The translations under genes and the position numbers were made by a program. Below the pieces are notes generated by a model. That model was not told the DNA's origin. It saw only the letters and a list, made by a program, of their open reading frames with translations, and did not search any database. 64,000 nucleotides of DNA from Lentisphaeria bacterium (lineage in GTDB: Bacteria; Verrucomicrobiota; Lentisphaeria; Victivallales; UBA1829), in NCBI GenBank assembly GCA_003526375.1, contig DPDG01000062.1:24568-88567 (forward strand). The letters run 5' to 3'. Positions 47,367 through 57,022 of the stretch are shown here, one piece after another (position 1 is the first letter of the stretch; each line of letters starts with the position of its first letter).

Positions 47367-48893
47367 TCATATAGAAAAACGGCTTCTCAAATGAGCCATT
47401 ATCAAGACTCTGGTTCTCCGGTCGATGCCGAAAACATAGACCGAGAATGCCACGCTCAAAACAGAAAAGAAAGCCACCGTGCCCAATCTCGCAATCCCCG
47501 CCCCCATATAAAAACGAATCAGGAGGGGAAGTATCACTGCAATACAGGCAACAGTAACTGTCGGAAACAAAAGCTGCCTGCAATAATAACCCGGGGAAAT
47601 ATTCTGTAATTTCCAAAGCAGAAATATTTTAACGAAAAATGCAGCAGCAAATCCGGCAGCAATCTGGACAATGAATAACGTCTCCGGCGGAAATCCCCAT
47701 TTGAATAATAGATAAGATACAGGCAGAACAAGCAGAAATGCACTTCCTGCCATCAACTGATTCTCCTTAATCCGCCCGGCTGCGCGGAAAACAGAACCGA
47801 AGGAAAGATCAAAAGACTGTACAAGAGTATAAATTAAAATCAGGCGTGTAAACAGAGTCGCATAATCCGGAACTTTTGAAAGCCATAATTTTAAAATAAT
47901 CTCCATTTCCAGCAACAGGGGAAGCGTTAAAAGAAGCAGAAGATAAAAAGTGAAACGGGCACTCCCGAAAACAAGATGATTCATATACGTAATATTGTCC
48001 GCTGCACATGACTTGATAATCTGCGGATCGACTGCCATTCGGAAATTATTGACAAACCCCGTGACAGCGGTATTGACCTGAAAAGCGATAGCGGCGGCGG
48101 CATTGACCAACGCGCCGAAAAAAATGTTCAATAAAACATTCCCCCCCTGAATCATCGCCATCAAAGCCAGACTTCCGAACAGATACCAGGAGGAAAAGGA
48201 TATCATCTGAGGCAGAAAAGCCCTGTCGTAAACCAGCCGGAAGCGATAAGCGGGAAAATGCAGACGGCAGAATACGAAATAAACGGTAAATATGCCGGCA
48301 CTGACCAAAAACAGCAGGAATGCATACCCTTCCAATTTATCTATTGCCACAATCTGCAGCAAAAATACAACCCCCAGTCTCAGCACCGCTTCCAATATGC
48401 CGAGATAAGAAAAGAAAACCATCCGTTCATGGGCGATGATCGCCGCATAATAAGGCACCTGAAGAACCTGCAGAATACAGGACAATGTGCAGAACTGATA
48501 GACAAAATTCATTGCCCCGATCCGGTCCGCCGGAATGTTCAGCCTGGTATTGACGAACCACAGACCAAACGTTTCGGCAATCAATAAGATCAGAATGGCA
48601 AAATAAACATGGATTGTGACGCTTGAGGCAAACGCTGTCGCGGCGTTCCCCTGCTGCTCCTTTCCCAATTCAAAAGCGATATAACGGTTCGTGGTACTGC
48701 TCAGAGCCCCGTTAAAGAAAGCCATCATGATGACAATGCCGCCAATCAGATTATAAATACCGAAATCCGCCTCGCCCAGGACCCGCAGGACAATCCGGGT
48801 CGTATATAGCGTAATCAGCATAAGCAGAAGCATGCGGATATACAGAAAAACAGTATTTTTAACGATTCGTCTGCTGTTGCCCGACTGTTTCAT
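47367..48893 (-). CDS. Wzx-like oligosaccharide flippase (MOP superfamily)
   Basis: About 12-14 TM segments. N-terminus RRIVKNTVFLYIRMLLLMLITLYTTRIVLRVLGEADFGIYNLIGG is typical of polysaccharide biosynthesis (Wzx) proteins. The start was trimmed to MKQSG. Confidence 0.8.
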   Translation of the reverse strand: MKQSGNSRRIVKNTVFLYIRMLLLMLITLYTTRIVLRVLGEADFGIYNLIGGIVIMMAFFNGALSSTTNRYIAFELGKEQQGNAATAFASSVTIHVYFAILILLIAETFGLWFVNTRLNIPADRIGAMNFVYQFCTLSCILQVLQVPYYAAIIAHERMVFFSYLGILEAVLRLGVVFLLQIVAIDKLEGYAFLLFLVSAGIFTVYFVFCRLHFPAYRFRLVYDRAFLPQMISFSSWYLFGSLALMAMIQGGNVLLNIFFGALVNAAAAIAFQVNTAVTGFVNNFRMAVDPQIIKSCAADNITYMNHLVFGSARFTFYLLLLLTLPLLLEMEIILKLWLSKVPDYATLFTRLILIYTLVQSFDLSFGSVFRAAGRIKENQLMAGSAFLLVLPVSYLLFKWGFPPETLFIVQIAAGFAAAFFVKIFLLWKLQNISPGYYCRQLLFPTVTVACIAVILPLLIRFYMGAGIARLGTVAFFSVLSVAFSVYVFGIDRRTRVLIMAHLRSRFSI

Positions 48894-48907
48894 AGAGTTC
48901 CCAACAA

Positions 48908-50056
48908 TCACCCCTGCAATGCACTCAGTATCCGTTCGCATCCCATTCCGTCGCCGTAGGGATTGACGGCGCGGCTCATGGATTGGTAATAATCCGGGTC
49001 GTCCGCAAGACGGGAGACTTCATCAATGATCTTATCGTAATCCGTGCCGACAAGCTTCACTGTTCCCGCCTCCAGGGCTTCGGGACGCTCCGTCGTGTCG
49101 CGCATCACAAGGACAGGTTTGCCGAGTCCCGGCGCCTCCTCCTGGATGCCGCCGCTGTCCGTCAGTACAAGATAACTCTTTTCCATCAGATACACAAACG
49201 GAAGATAATCAAGAGGTTCGATGAAAAACATGTTGCCCGGAGGAGTCTCCCCGAACACTTCCCCGATAGGACGCCGGACGTTCGGGTTCAGATGCATCGG
49301 ATATACAAAATCCATTTCAGGGTATTTCTCATTCAACGCCTTGATCGCGGAACACATCGAAAGAAAGCCGTCACCGAAGTTCTCGCGGCGATGCCCGGTG
49401 ATCAGGACCAGGCGCTTCCCGTTCGCCAGGCGCTTTGTGTCGTATCCGGCAGACAGAAGCGCCTGATCCAGCTCCGCGCACATCGCATCGCTGGACGAGA
49501 TTTTGGCAACCACCTGATGCAGAGCGTCAATCACAGTATTTCCCGTGACGAAAATCCTGTCATCGGCAATGCCCTCCGCCAGCAGATTTTTCCGGCTCAG
49601 CTCCGTCGGGGCGAAATGATAACCGGCAATCCGACCGGTGATCTGGCGGTTCATCTCCTCCGGCCACGGACTGTAAATATTATGAGTCCTCAGCCCCGCT
49701 TCGACATGCCCGACGGGAATCTGACGGTAAAATGCGGCAAGCGCCGCCGCGGTCGAGGTGGTGGTGTCCCCGTGAACAAGAACGATATCAGGATTCGATT
49801 CCTGCAGGACGTCGCGCATCCCCAGCAGGACACGGCTCGTCACGTCATAAAGATCCTGCCCCTGCTTCATGATGTTCAGGTCATAATCCGGCGCAATCTC
49901 AAAGAGATGCAGCACCTGATCCAGCATCTGGCGGTGCTGACCGGTTACGCACACAACTGTCTGAAATGCATCGGGATGTTTCCGGAATTCTTTGACCAGA
50001 GGCGCCATCTTGATCGCCTCAGGACGCGTGCCGAATACAAGCATTACTTTTTTCAT
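48908..50056 (-). CDS. wecB: UDP-N-acetylglucosamine 2-epimerase (non-hydrolysing)
   Basis: [21 protein letters not shown]..., ...VHGDTTT..., ...HVEAGLRT..., ...[11 protein letters not shown]... are canonical WecB/MnaA blocks. Confidence 0.9.
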   Translation of the reverse strand: MKKVMLVFGTRPEAIKMAPLVKEFRKHPDAFQTVVCVTGQHRQMLDQVLHLFEIAPDYDLNIMKQGQDLYDVTSRVLLGMRDVLQESNPDIVLVHGDTTTSTAAALAAFYRQIPVGHVEAGLRTHNIYSPWPEEMNRQITGRIAGYHFAPTELSRKNLLAEGIADDRIFVTGNTVIDALHQVVAKISSSDAMCAELDQALLSAGYDTKRLANGKRLVLITGHRRENFGDGFLSMCSAIKALNEKYPEMDFVYPMHLNPNVRRPIGEVFGETPPGNMFFIEPLDYLPFVYLMEKSYLVLTDSGGIQEEAPGLGKPVLVMRDTTERPEALEAGTVKLVGTDYDKIIDEVSRLADDPDYYQSMSRAVNPYGDGMGCERILSALQG

Positions 50057-50207
50057 AGATAATATACTTTGATTTTGAAGATAAATTGCCGAAATATCAA
50101 CTGCGATAATTCAAAAAAAGCTTCTGATCAGAAAAGTTGAAGACGGAAAATATGAGAGAAAAAATTCTGCGGCGACAGCCGTCCCTGCTCAGACAAACGG
50201 AAAAATT

Positions 50208-50771
50208 TTATGCCAGTTCAAGGTCCAGAGCATCCAGTTCTGCGCTGATGGAATGTCCGAGCATATCCAGATTCACGGTCACTTTCATTGCGTTGTTACG
50301 ACGCTTGACAACGGCATAAATCCCCTGAAAAGGCCCGTTGATGATCTGAACCGGACATCCGGGCACAAGCTCCGGCTTTACCTCGATCGCCCGGGTGGCG
50401 GAAAGCAGTTCAAACTGACGGATCACATTCAATTCGCAGATCAGTTCCTTTTCGGAAGACTCATCCATGAAAATGGTATTCAGGACATGATGGGAGAGCT
50501 TGAGATGTTTGCGCTCCTCCGTATTCACACAGCAGAAAACATAGCCGCGGAACATCGGATGCTGAACGATTTTCCTGCATCCCCGTGACAGTCCCATTTT
50601 CCGGATCAGCGGCAGATAACTGCGGATACCGGAATTCTGCGTGAAATCAAACAGCCTGTGCTCCTGATTCGGTTTCGTATAAACCGGAGTCCAAAGCCGC
50701 CCTTCCATCTTGGCTATGGCAGACTGAGACGGTTCATTCCTGTCCCGGCAAGGTTCTCCAAATGACTCCAT
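50208..50771 (-). CDS. NusG paralogue (UpxY/RfaH-like locus-specific antiterminator)
   Basis: NGN-like N-terminus (WTPVYTKPNQEHR...) and KOW motif (GCPVQIINGPFQGIYAVVK). First gene of the polysaccharide locus. The start may be at 50708. Confidence 0.7.
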   Translation of the reverse strand: MESFGEPCRDRNEPSQSAIAKMEGRLWTPVYTKPNQEHRLFDFTQNSGIRSYLPLIRKMGLSRGCRKIVQHPMFRGYVFCCVNTEERKHLKLSHHVLNTIFMDESSEKELICELNVIRQFELLSATRAIEVKPELVPGCPVQIINGPFQGIYAVVKRRNNAMKVTVNLDMLGHSISAELDALDLELA

Positions 50772-51322
50772 TGCTGCATCCTGAAAAAATAAAACTCAAC
50801 TGAAATAAGGAAACACTTGCGCCGGACGTCTTTCAAAATACGCCCCGCTCCAGAAGTATTCCATATCTGTTGAGCTCATCATATCAATCCATACGCAGGT
50901 TCAAATCTGCGCACGGTCTTCCGTTTTCCGCCATAAAAATCAAACAAATACAAGGAGGTATTCATGTATGAAACAAAGCAAAATATAATACTCTCCAATG
51001 CCGTAGCTCTGTATCTGCTGTTCTCTCCTTTACGGCGGAACATCAGTACAGAATCTCAAGATATCATCCTACTGCGGGGAATATAACATGGAAAAATAAA
51101 ATTACAAGCTGTACAGGGATTTTTTCTCCCAAACCTGCATCAGTTTTTTTGAGTCGGAAATCCGGGCTCCGGTTCAGAAAAAAGGGAACAGCCGGATTTC
51201 ATTGGCAAACCGGAAAAACATCGGCGATACAAACCCTGAACAAAATGCTCTGCCGATACGATCCCGCCGTCCCGGCATCGAATGCACTTGATTTTTCGGA
51301 AAAAGAATCTATCTTCTCCTGT

Positions 51323-52429
51323 ATGGAAAAATTACGCAAGATCATACACGTCGATATGGACGCATTCTATGCGTCCGTGGAAATACGGGACAATCCCTCC
51401 TTACGCGGAAAGCCGGTGGTTGTAGGCGGAATGCCGAACAGCCGCGGGGTGGTCTGTACCTGCTCCTATGCGGCGCGGAAATTCGGGGTTCATTCGGCAA
51501 TGCCGGCAAGCAGGGCGCACCAGCTCTGCCCGCAGGCGGTTTTCCTGCATCCGCGTTTCGAAGTCTACCGGGAGATTTCCCGGCAGATACGGAAAATATT
51601 TTTCGACTATACGGACCTTGTCGAGCCGCTCTCGCTGGATGAGGCGTATCTGGATGTCACATGCAACAAACGCGGCATTCCCTATGCCACGCGGACGGCG
51701 CGCGAAATCAAGGCGCGCATTTTCAAAGAGACGGGCGGGCTTACGGCTTCGGCAGGGGTTTCGTTCAACAAATTTTTCGCGAAAGTCGCTTCCGACCTCC
51801 AGAAACCCGACGGTCTCACCGTGATTCCTCCGGACAAGGCGGAGGAACTGCTGGAAACTCTGCCGATCGGAAAATTTTACGGAGTCGGCAAAGTCACGGA
51901 AAAACATTTCCTGAAAATCGGAATAAAAACAGGCGGCGATCTCAAGAAGCTTTCCAGACTTGAACTGATGCGGATGTTCGGCAAGACCGGCGAGTTTTAT
52001 TATGAAATCGCGCGCGGAATCGACACGCGGGAGGTCGAGCCAAACCGGGAACGGAAATCACTGGGAACCGAAATCACATTCCAGAGCGATGTCACCGACC
52101 TGACTGAAATGATTCCGGTCATTCAGCAGCAGTCGCAGGAGGTTTCGGACGACCTGAAGAAAAAAGCGCTTGCGGGCAGGACGATCACCCTCAAGGTCAA
52201 ATTTTTCGATTTCAAAACCATCACACGCAGCCGCACGCTGGACTCTTATACGGACAATGCGGATGTCATCGCATCCGTCGCACGTGAACTGCTCCTCGCC
52301 AGCGATGCGGGGAAAATCGCCGTAAGACTGCTGGGCGTCACGGTATCCAATTTCCCGGAGCTGGAGAAAATCGAAAGCCCGACCGGAGTCTGGCTCCAGC
52401 CGGAATTCGATTTCGGCGAAGAACTGTGA
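51323..52429 (+). CDS. dinB: DNA polymerase IV
   Basis: IIHVDMDAFYASVE, SLDEAYLDVT and the overall Y-family pattern. The ORF extends upstream to 51149, but the conserved N-terminus begins at MEKLRKIIHVD. Confidence 0.9.
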   Translation: MEKLRKIIHVDMDAFYASVEIRDNPSLRGKPVVVGGMPNSRGVVCTCSYAARKFGVHSAMPASRAHQLCPQAVFLHPRFEVYREISRQIRKIFFDYTDLVEPLSLDEAYLDVTCNKRGIPYATRTAREIKARIFKETGGLTASAGVSFNKFFAKVASDLQKPDGLTVIPPDKAEELLETLPIGKFYGVGKVTEKHFLKIGIKTGGDLKKLSRLELMRMFGKTGEFYYEIARGIDTREVEPNRERKSLGTEITFQSDVTDLTEMIPVIQQQSQEVSDDLKKKALAGRTITLKVKFFDFKTITRSRTLDSYTDNADVIASVARELLLASDAGKIAVRLLGVTVSNFPELEKIESPTGVWLQPEFDFGEEL

Positions 52430-52435
52430 CGGACT

Positions 52436-53215
52436 TCACTGCGGAATGTCGTTGATATTCCAGCGGATCTGATCCAGAACCGCTTTCATCGCCCGGATTG
52501 TCGGCTGTGCAAATCCGTAACGAGGGTCGTAGCGATGAACCGCAAACAGAATCGCCGTTCCGAGAAGCGGGCAGAGAAAACGGTGCGGACGGCTGAACTT
52601 GCCGTTGCAGAGGTGGATAAACGGAACTTTCAGTTCATGCCGCAGCAGCATCGTCGTGCGGACAGCCTCCGCCAACTCCGCCTCCGTATTGACGCAGGTC
52701 ACGATCTTCACGACATCCGCGCCGCGCTTCTCCACTTCCAGCAGGTGCTCCACAACCTCCTCCGCAGTCCGGGCACATGCCATGTGGGAAGAAATCACGA
52801 CATCACTGCCTTTCTCATGAATCCTGCCGATCAGCCGTTTCTGTTTTTCCACCGCCACCGGATTGCACGTGATTTCCATGGGCGACGGGTCATACAGATC
52901 CCCCATCACATCAATCATGGAAGCGCCGGCATCGGCGGCGGCAAGCAGCAGTTCCTGCCGTTCCTCATCGCCGGAATCCTTCCACATGTCGTTGCGGTAG
53001 AAGCAGAACATGAACGGCAGGCTGACGGAATCAATGACACCTTTCAATGAATCGCAATTCCGGAATTCCGGTTTCAAATCCTTGAGTTCCACCGTGATGC
53101 CCTGCGCGCCGTCCGCCTCCGCTCCTCTCGCTTCCGCGATCAGCTCGCCGGGAGTCTGCCCCGCCATGATGCCGCTGATCACCGGATACGGTTTGTGCAG
53201 AAAAGAAAGTCTCAT
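52436..53215 (-). CDS. Type I 3-dehydroquinate dehydratase-family protein
   Basis: 259 aa. ...GADVVKIVTCVNTEAE... resembles the Schiff-base Lys region (VKI), within an overall DHquinase_I-like pattern. The genomic context is not shikimate biosynthesis. Confidence 0.6.
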   Translation of the reverse strand: MRLSFLHKPYPVISGIMAGQTPGELIAEARGAEADGAQGITVELKDLKPEFRNCDSLKGVIDSVSLPFMFCFYRNDMWKDSGDEERQELLLAAADAGASMIDVMGDLYDPSPMEITCNPVAVEKQKRLIGRIHEKGSDVVISSHMACARTAEEVVEHLLEVEKRGADVVKIVTCVNTEAELAEAVRTTMLLRHELKVPFIHLCNGKFSRPHRFLCPLLGTAILFAVHRYDPRYGFAQPTIRAMKAVLDQIRWNINDIPQ

Positions 53216-53229
53216 CGCCGCCTCCTTTG

Positions 53230-54186
53230 TCAGAATGTCAGTACGACCTTGCCGATATTTTCCGCACGCCGGAGCACACCGTGCGCCTGTTCGACCTCCC
53301 GGATCGGAAACACAGCATGAATATTCGTGATGAGTTTACGCGCGGTGAACAGCGGCCACAACTCCTTCTGCAAAGCCCGGAGAATCCGGCTCTTTTCCTC
53401 GGAGGTGCGGCTGCGCAGCGTACTTCCGATCAGGAGGATCCGCTTGCGCCAGACCGTTTCCAGATTAATCACGGTCTCCGCCCCGCCCATCGTCGCAATC
53501 ATGATCCAGCGTCCGCCGAACACCATGTGGCGGAAGCACTCTCCCATCTGTTTTCCGCCGATGCAGTCCAGGGCGACCGTCGGCGGATGCGCCTCTATGA
53601 CCGGACGCACGTCCTCCGTGCGGTAATCCAGCACATAATCGGCGCCGAGCTTCCGGACGAACTCCGCTTTCGCCGGAGAATCAATCGTCGTGATCACCTC
53701 CGCACCCATCTGTTTGGCGAACTGAATCGCGGCAAGCCCCACGCCGCTCGCGCCCGCCTGCATGTAGAAGACATCTCCCGGTTTCATACCCCCCGCCTCC
53801 TGCTGCAGATTCAGATAAACCGTGCTCCAGACCTCCGGCAGGGATGCGGCTTCGACCATCGACAGCCCCTCCGGGACCGGAATCACCATTCCGGCAGGAG
53901 CCGTCACCAGTTCCGAATAGCCGCCTCCGCCGAGGAGCGCGCAGACTTTATCCCCCGTCCTGACTGCGGCATCCGCCGGAGCCTCAAGCACCTCGCCGGA
54001 AACCTCCAGCCCGCACCACTGCGGCCACTCCGGCGGCGAGGCATAACAGCCGTCCTTCTGCATCAGATCCGCGCGATTGACCGCCGCGGCATGGACTTTA
54101 ATGAGCACTTCGCTCTCTCTGCGCACAGGATCGGGAACCTCAGTCCAGAGAAAATTTCTGTTTCCGTCAAGAATCATTGCATACAT
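53230..54186 (-). CDS. NAD(P)H:quinone oxidoreductase-like MDR protein
   Basis: ...GDKVCALLGGGGYSE..., ...MQAGASGVGLAAIQFAKQMGAEVI... Start trimmed to MYAMILDG. Confidence 0.8.
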   Translation of the reverse strand: MYAMILDGNRNFLWTEVPDPVRRESEVLIKVHAAAVNRADLMQKDGCYASPPEWPQWCGLEVSGEVLEAPADAAVRTGDKVCALLGGGGYSELVTAPAGMVIPVPEGLSMVEAASLPEVWSTVYLNLQQEAGGMKPGDVFYMQAGASGVGLAAIQFAKQMGAEVITTIDSPAKAEFVRKLGADYVLDYRTEDVRPVIEAHPPTVALDCIGGKQMGECFRHMVFGGRWIMIATMGGAETVINLETVWRKRILLIGSTLRSRTSEEKSRILRALQKELWPLFTARKLITNIHAVFPIREVEQAHGVLRRAENIGKVVLTF

Positions 54187-54190
54187 CGCA

Positions 54191-55204
54191 TTACCTCCAT
54201 TGGGTATATCCGGAAGCCGCCAGAAGGACTTTTTCAACCAGATAGTCGTGTTCATAAGTATAAGGATTCTGAATCTCGCCGCGGATCATCCCCGCCAGCT
54301 CCGCCAGCTGTTCCACATAACGGTCCCTGCGGATACCGAAATCCAGCACATGGTTTCCGGCGGCATACGGCCCCCTGTCTTCCGTAAGCGACATTTTCAG
54401 CAGCAGCGCCTCATCGTCGAACCGTTCCAGCGGACAAAGTTCGACCCAGCCTTTCGTCCCGGAGATTTTCAGCCTGCGCCGCGGCAGGACACCTCTGCTG
54501 CAACACCGCAGAATCACGGTCGCATAAGGATATTCCAGAACCGTCATGCAGTTGTTTTTGATCGCCGGGGAAACATCGGGAGTCGATTTCAGGAACGGCA
54601 TGATATGTTCCGGCGCACCCATCATGGCGACAACGAAATCGATCAGATGGCACCCGAGGTTGAACATGATACCGCCCCTGAAGCGCCCGAGATACTCCTG
54701 ATAAGGCTCCCCGCCGTAACTGTGGTTCATGTCCGCCTCGACCTCGAAAATATCCCCGAGCCAGTTCTCCTTCACGATTTTCAGGCAGAACTGAAACGCC
54801 GGGTTGCCGCGGAACATATACCCCATCTGGAGCGGCAGGTTCTTCGCCCGGCATCCGTCGAGCAGTTTTCCGAACAGCGTCAGATCCTCGCCGGCGGGTT
54901 TGTCCAGATGCATCGGCAGATTGTGCTCCATGCAGCGGATCGCAGTCGGAACCAGCTCCGTATTCGGGACTTCCACAACAACGCCCTGCAGTCCGGGGTA
55001 TCGGAACACCTCCTCCTCGGTCATTCTTCTCAACCCCTCGAAATGCTCCATTCCGTTCGGAAATTTCGGCGCCGCCGTCGCGCTGTCATCGACCACTCCG
55101 ACGATTTCATAGACGTCGGACATCTGCCGCAGGGTGATGATCTTTCCCGCCGCATGTTCATGCGAAACACCGATCTGTGCAATTTTGATCCTCTCCATTT
55201 CCAT
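54191..55204 (-). CDS. Gfo/Idh/MocA-family oxidoreductase
   Basis: IKIAQIGVSHEHA... Rossmann N-terminus and ...EVPNTELVPTAIRCMEHNLPMHLDKP (EKP-like motif). Confidence 0.8.
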   Translation of the reverse strand: MEMERIKIAQIGVSHEHAAGKIITLRQMSDVYEIVGVVDDSATAAPKFPNGMEHFEGLRRMTEEEVFRYPGLQGVVVEVPNTELVPTAIRCMEHNLPMHLDKPAGEDLTLFGKLLDGCRAKNLPLQMGYMFRGNPAFQFCLKIVKENWLGDIFEVEADMNHSYGGEPYQEYLGRFRGGIMFNLGCHLIDFVVAMMGAPEHIMPFLKSTPDVSPAIKNNCMTVLEYPYATVILRCCSRGVLPRRRLKISGTKGWVELCPLERFDDEALLLKMSLTEDRGPYAAGNHVLDFGIRRDRYVEQLAELAGMIRGEIQNPYTYEHDYLVEKVLLAASGYTQWR

Positions 55205-55214
55205 CTTCTCCCTG

Positions 55215-56231
55215 TCAGTCAGAATATTGTTTCCAGTCAAACACGATTCCGAGCGGCGGATTCTTCGCCGTGATCAGGCGTTCATAGACATCCCGCGCCT
55301 TTTCCGGCGAGACGATTTCAGAGATCAGCGGGCGAACCTGCATTTTGCCGACCGCCAGAAGTTGCAGGAACGTGCGGTAATCATCATGCTCGGTCCATTG
55401 CCCGGGACGCGATTCAAAACGCGGGCGGTTCCATGTATTCGCCCCGATCAACGTCACGCCGGGACAATGCACGTCCTGATAAAAGTCGATGGCGGCGTCA
55501 GGCACTCTGGTGCATCCGAGAAGCGAAATCCGCCCTTCCCGCGCCACATATTTCAACGCCTGTTTCAGAGCCGCTGCAACGCCGGTCACTTCAACTACCG
55601 CGTTGACGCCTCTGCCGCCGGTCGCCTCCCTGACCTGCTCCGCAAAGTCCGCATCCGCCGGATTCAGCGCCAGATCCGCGCCGAGCTTCAAAGCAAGAGC
55701 ACGCCGTGCCGGATCATAGTCCGACACCAGAAGCGGAACCGCGCCGGAAAGGGCGGCAATCTGAAGTGCAATCACCCCAAGAATCCCCTGCCCCGCGATC
55801 ATGACCGATTCCCCGATCTCAAGCCGCAGACGGCGGATGCCCAGCAGTGGAAAAGAGACGATATGGGCGAATGCCGCATCCAGCAGGTCGATGGAGTCAT
55901 CCGTGATTTTGAAAACCGTATCCGCCTTTCTGACGGTATGGGAACGGTGCCCGCCCCACGTAATCAGAACGCGGTCCCCGGCTTTCAGATTCGTAACCTC
56001 GCTTCCCGCCGCGGCGACATATCCTGATGCACTGTATCCGGGATAAAAAGGAAAATGCTGTCCCGGATTGTTGGACTGCCCGATGATCCACGCACGTTCC
56101 GTTCCCGCGCTGATCACGCTGTATTCATTTTTCAGCAGAACCTCGTCCGGCTTCAGTGTCTGCGGATCATACTCCGCAGTTTTCAGCGCAACGTTTCCGG
56201 GAGATTCCGCGACGACATAGGAAATTTTCAT
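55215..56231 (-). CDS. MDR-family (zinc-type alcohol dehydrogenase-like) oxidoreductase
   Basis: ...YSVISAGTE..., ...IAGQGILGVIALQIAALSGA... nucleotide-binding motif. Confidence 0.75.
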   Translation of the reverse strand: MKISYVVAESPGNVALKTAEYDPQTLKPDEVLLKNEYSVISAGTERAWIIGQSNNPGQHFPFYPGYSASGYVAAAGSEVTNLKAGDRVLITWGGHRSHTVRKADTVFKITDDSIDLLDAAFAHIVSFPLLGIRRLRLEIGESVMIAGQGILGVIALQIAALSGAVPLLVSDYDPARRALALKLGADLALNPADADFAEQVREATGGRGVNAVVEVTGVAAALKQALKYVAREGRISLLGCTRVPDAAIDFYQDVHCPGVTLIGANTWNRPRFESRPGQWTEHDDYRTFLQLLAVGKMQVRPLISEIVSPEKARDVYERLITAKNPPLGIVFDWKQYSD

Positions 56232-56251
56232 CCCGACCTCCTTTACCTCGT

Positions 56252-57004
56252 TCAGAAACGCCCGGCGGCACAGCTCCGGCCGCCGTCAATCAGGTAATTG
56301 CATCCGGTAATAAACGAACCTTTGTCCGAACAGACGTACAGGATCAGGTTCACAATCTCCTCCGGTTCCGCCGCCCGTCCGAGAAGCGTCCGCATGTTCG
56401 CCATCGCCGCGCGTGTCAGAACGGGACCGGGAGAAATACAGACGGAACGCACGCCGTGTTCCGCGCCATAGTTCGCAATTCCCTGGCTCAATCCGATCAT
56501 ACCGCATTTCGAGGCAGTGTAATCAAGGCACGCACCGCCGCTGACACCGTCGATCGAGCCCATGTTGATGATGACGCCGTAATTCTGTTCGAACATCCGC
56601 CCCAGCACCGCACGGACAAAAAGGACGGCGCCCTTCAGGTTCACATCCACCCCCCATTCGATGCTCTCCGGCGAGGCATTCACAAAACCGCCGCTCTGTT
56701 TGCAGACTCGCTGGGAACATCCTCCGGCGGAATTCATCAGATAATCAATCCTGCCGAACTTCTCCATTGCAATATCCGCGGCATTCTGAATCTCCTCATA
56801 CTTCCGCACATCGACCTTGACGCCGACCGCGCTCCCCCCTTTCCGGCGGATTTCCCCGGCGGCTGCCTGAACCGCATCTTCATTCACATCGGTCAATACG
56901 ACATTCGCCCCCTGCTCCGCCATTTTCTGCAAAAAAAGCAGAGCCATCCCCGAAGCGGCTCCCGTCGCAATCGCTGTTTTTCCTTTGAATTCCGGATACT
57001 CCAT
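56252..57004 (-). CDS. SDR-family oxidoreductase
   Basis: GKTAIATGAASGMA and YTASKCG (YxxxK). Confidence 0.85.
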   Translation of the reverse strand: MEYPEFKGKTAIATGAASGMALLFLQKMAEQGANVVLTDVNEDAVQAAAGEIRRKGGSAVGVKVDVRKYEEIQNAADIAMEKFGRIDYLMNSAGGCSQRVCKQSGGFVNASPESIEWGVDVNLKGAVLFVRAVLGRMFEQNYGVIINMGSIDGVSGGACLDYTASKCGMIGLSQGIANYGAEHGVRSVCISPGPVLTRAAMANMRTLLGRAAEPEEIVNLILYVCSDKGSFITGCNYLIDGGRSCAAGRF

Positions 57005-57022
57005 TGCGTTCCTCCTTGTCTT

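Noticed and set aside
48983-50062. 359-aa plus-strand ORF
   Set aside because: It is antisense to wecB, which is a canonical UDP-GlcNAc 2-epimerase sequence.
51157-51200. 9-bp inverted repeat GAAATCCGG / CCGGATTTC upstream of dinB, considered as an SOS/LexA-type operator
   Set aside because: It has a 26-nt loop, no resemblance to any LexA box I know, and lies inside an open but probably untranslated frame. The evidence is insufficient.
51149-51322. 58-aa N-terminal extension of dinB
   Set aside because: Y-family polymerases begin a few residues before the conserved IIHVDMDAFYASVE block, and the extension has no similarity to them.
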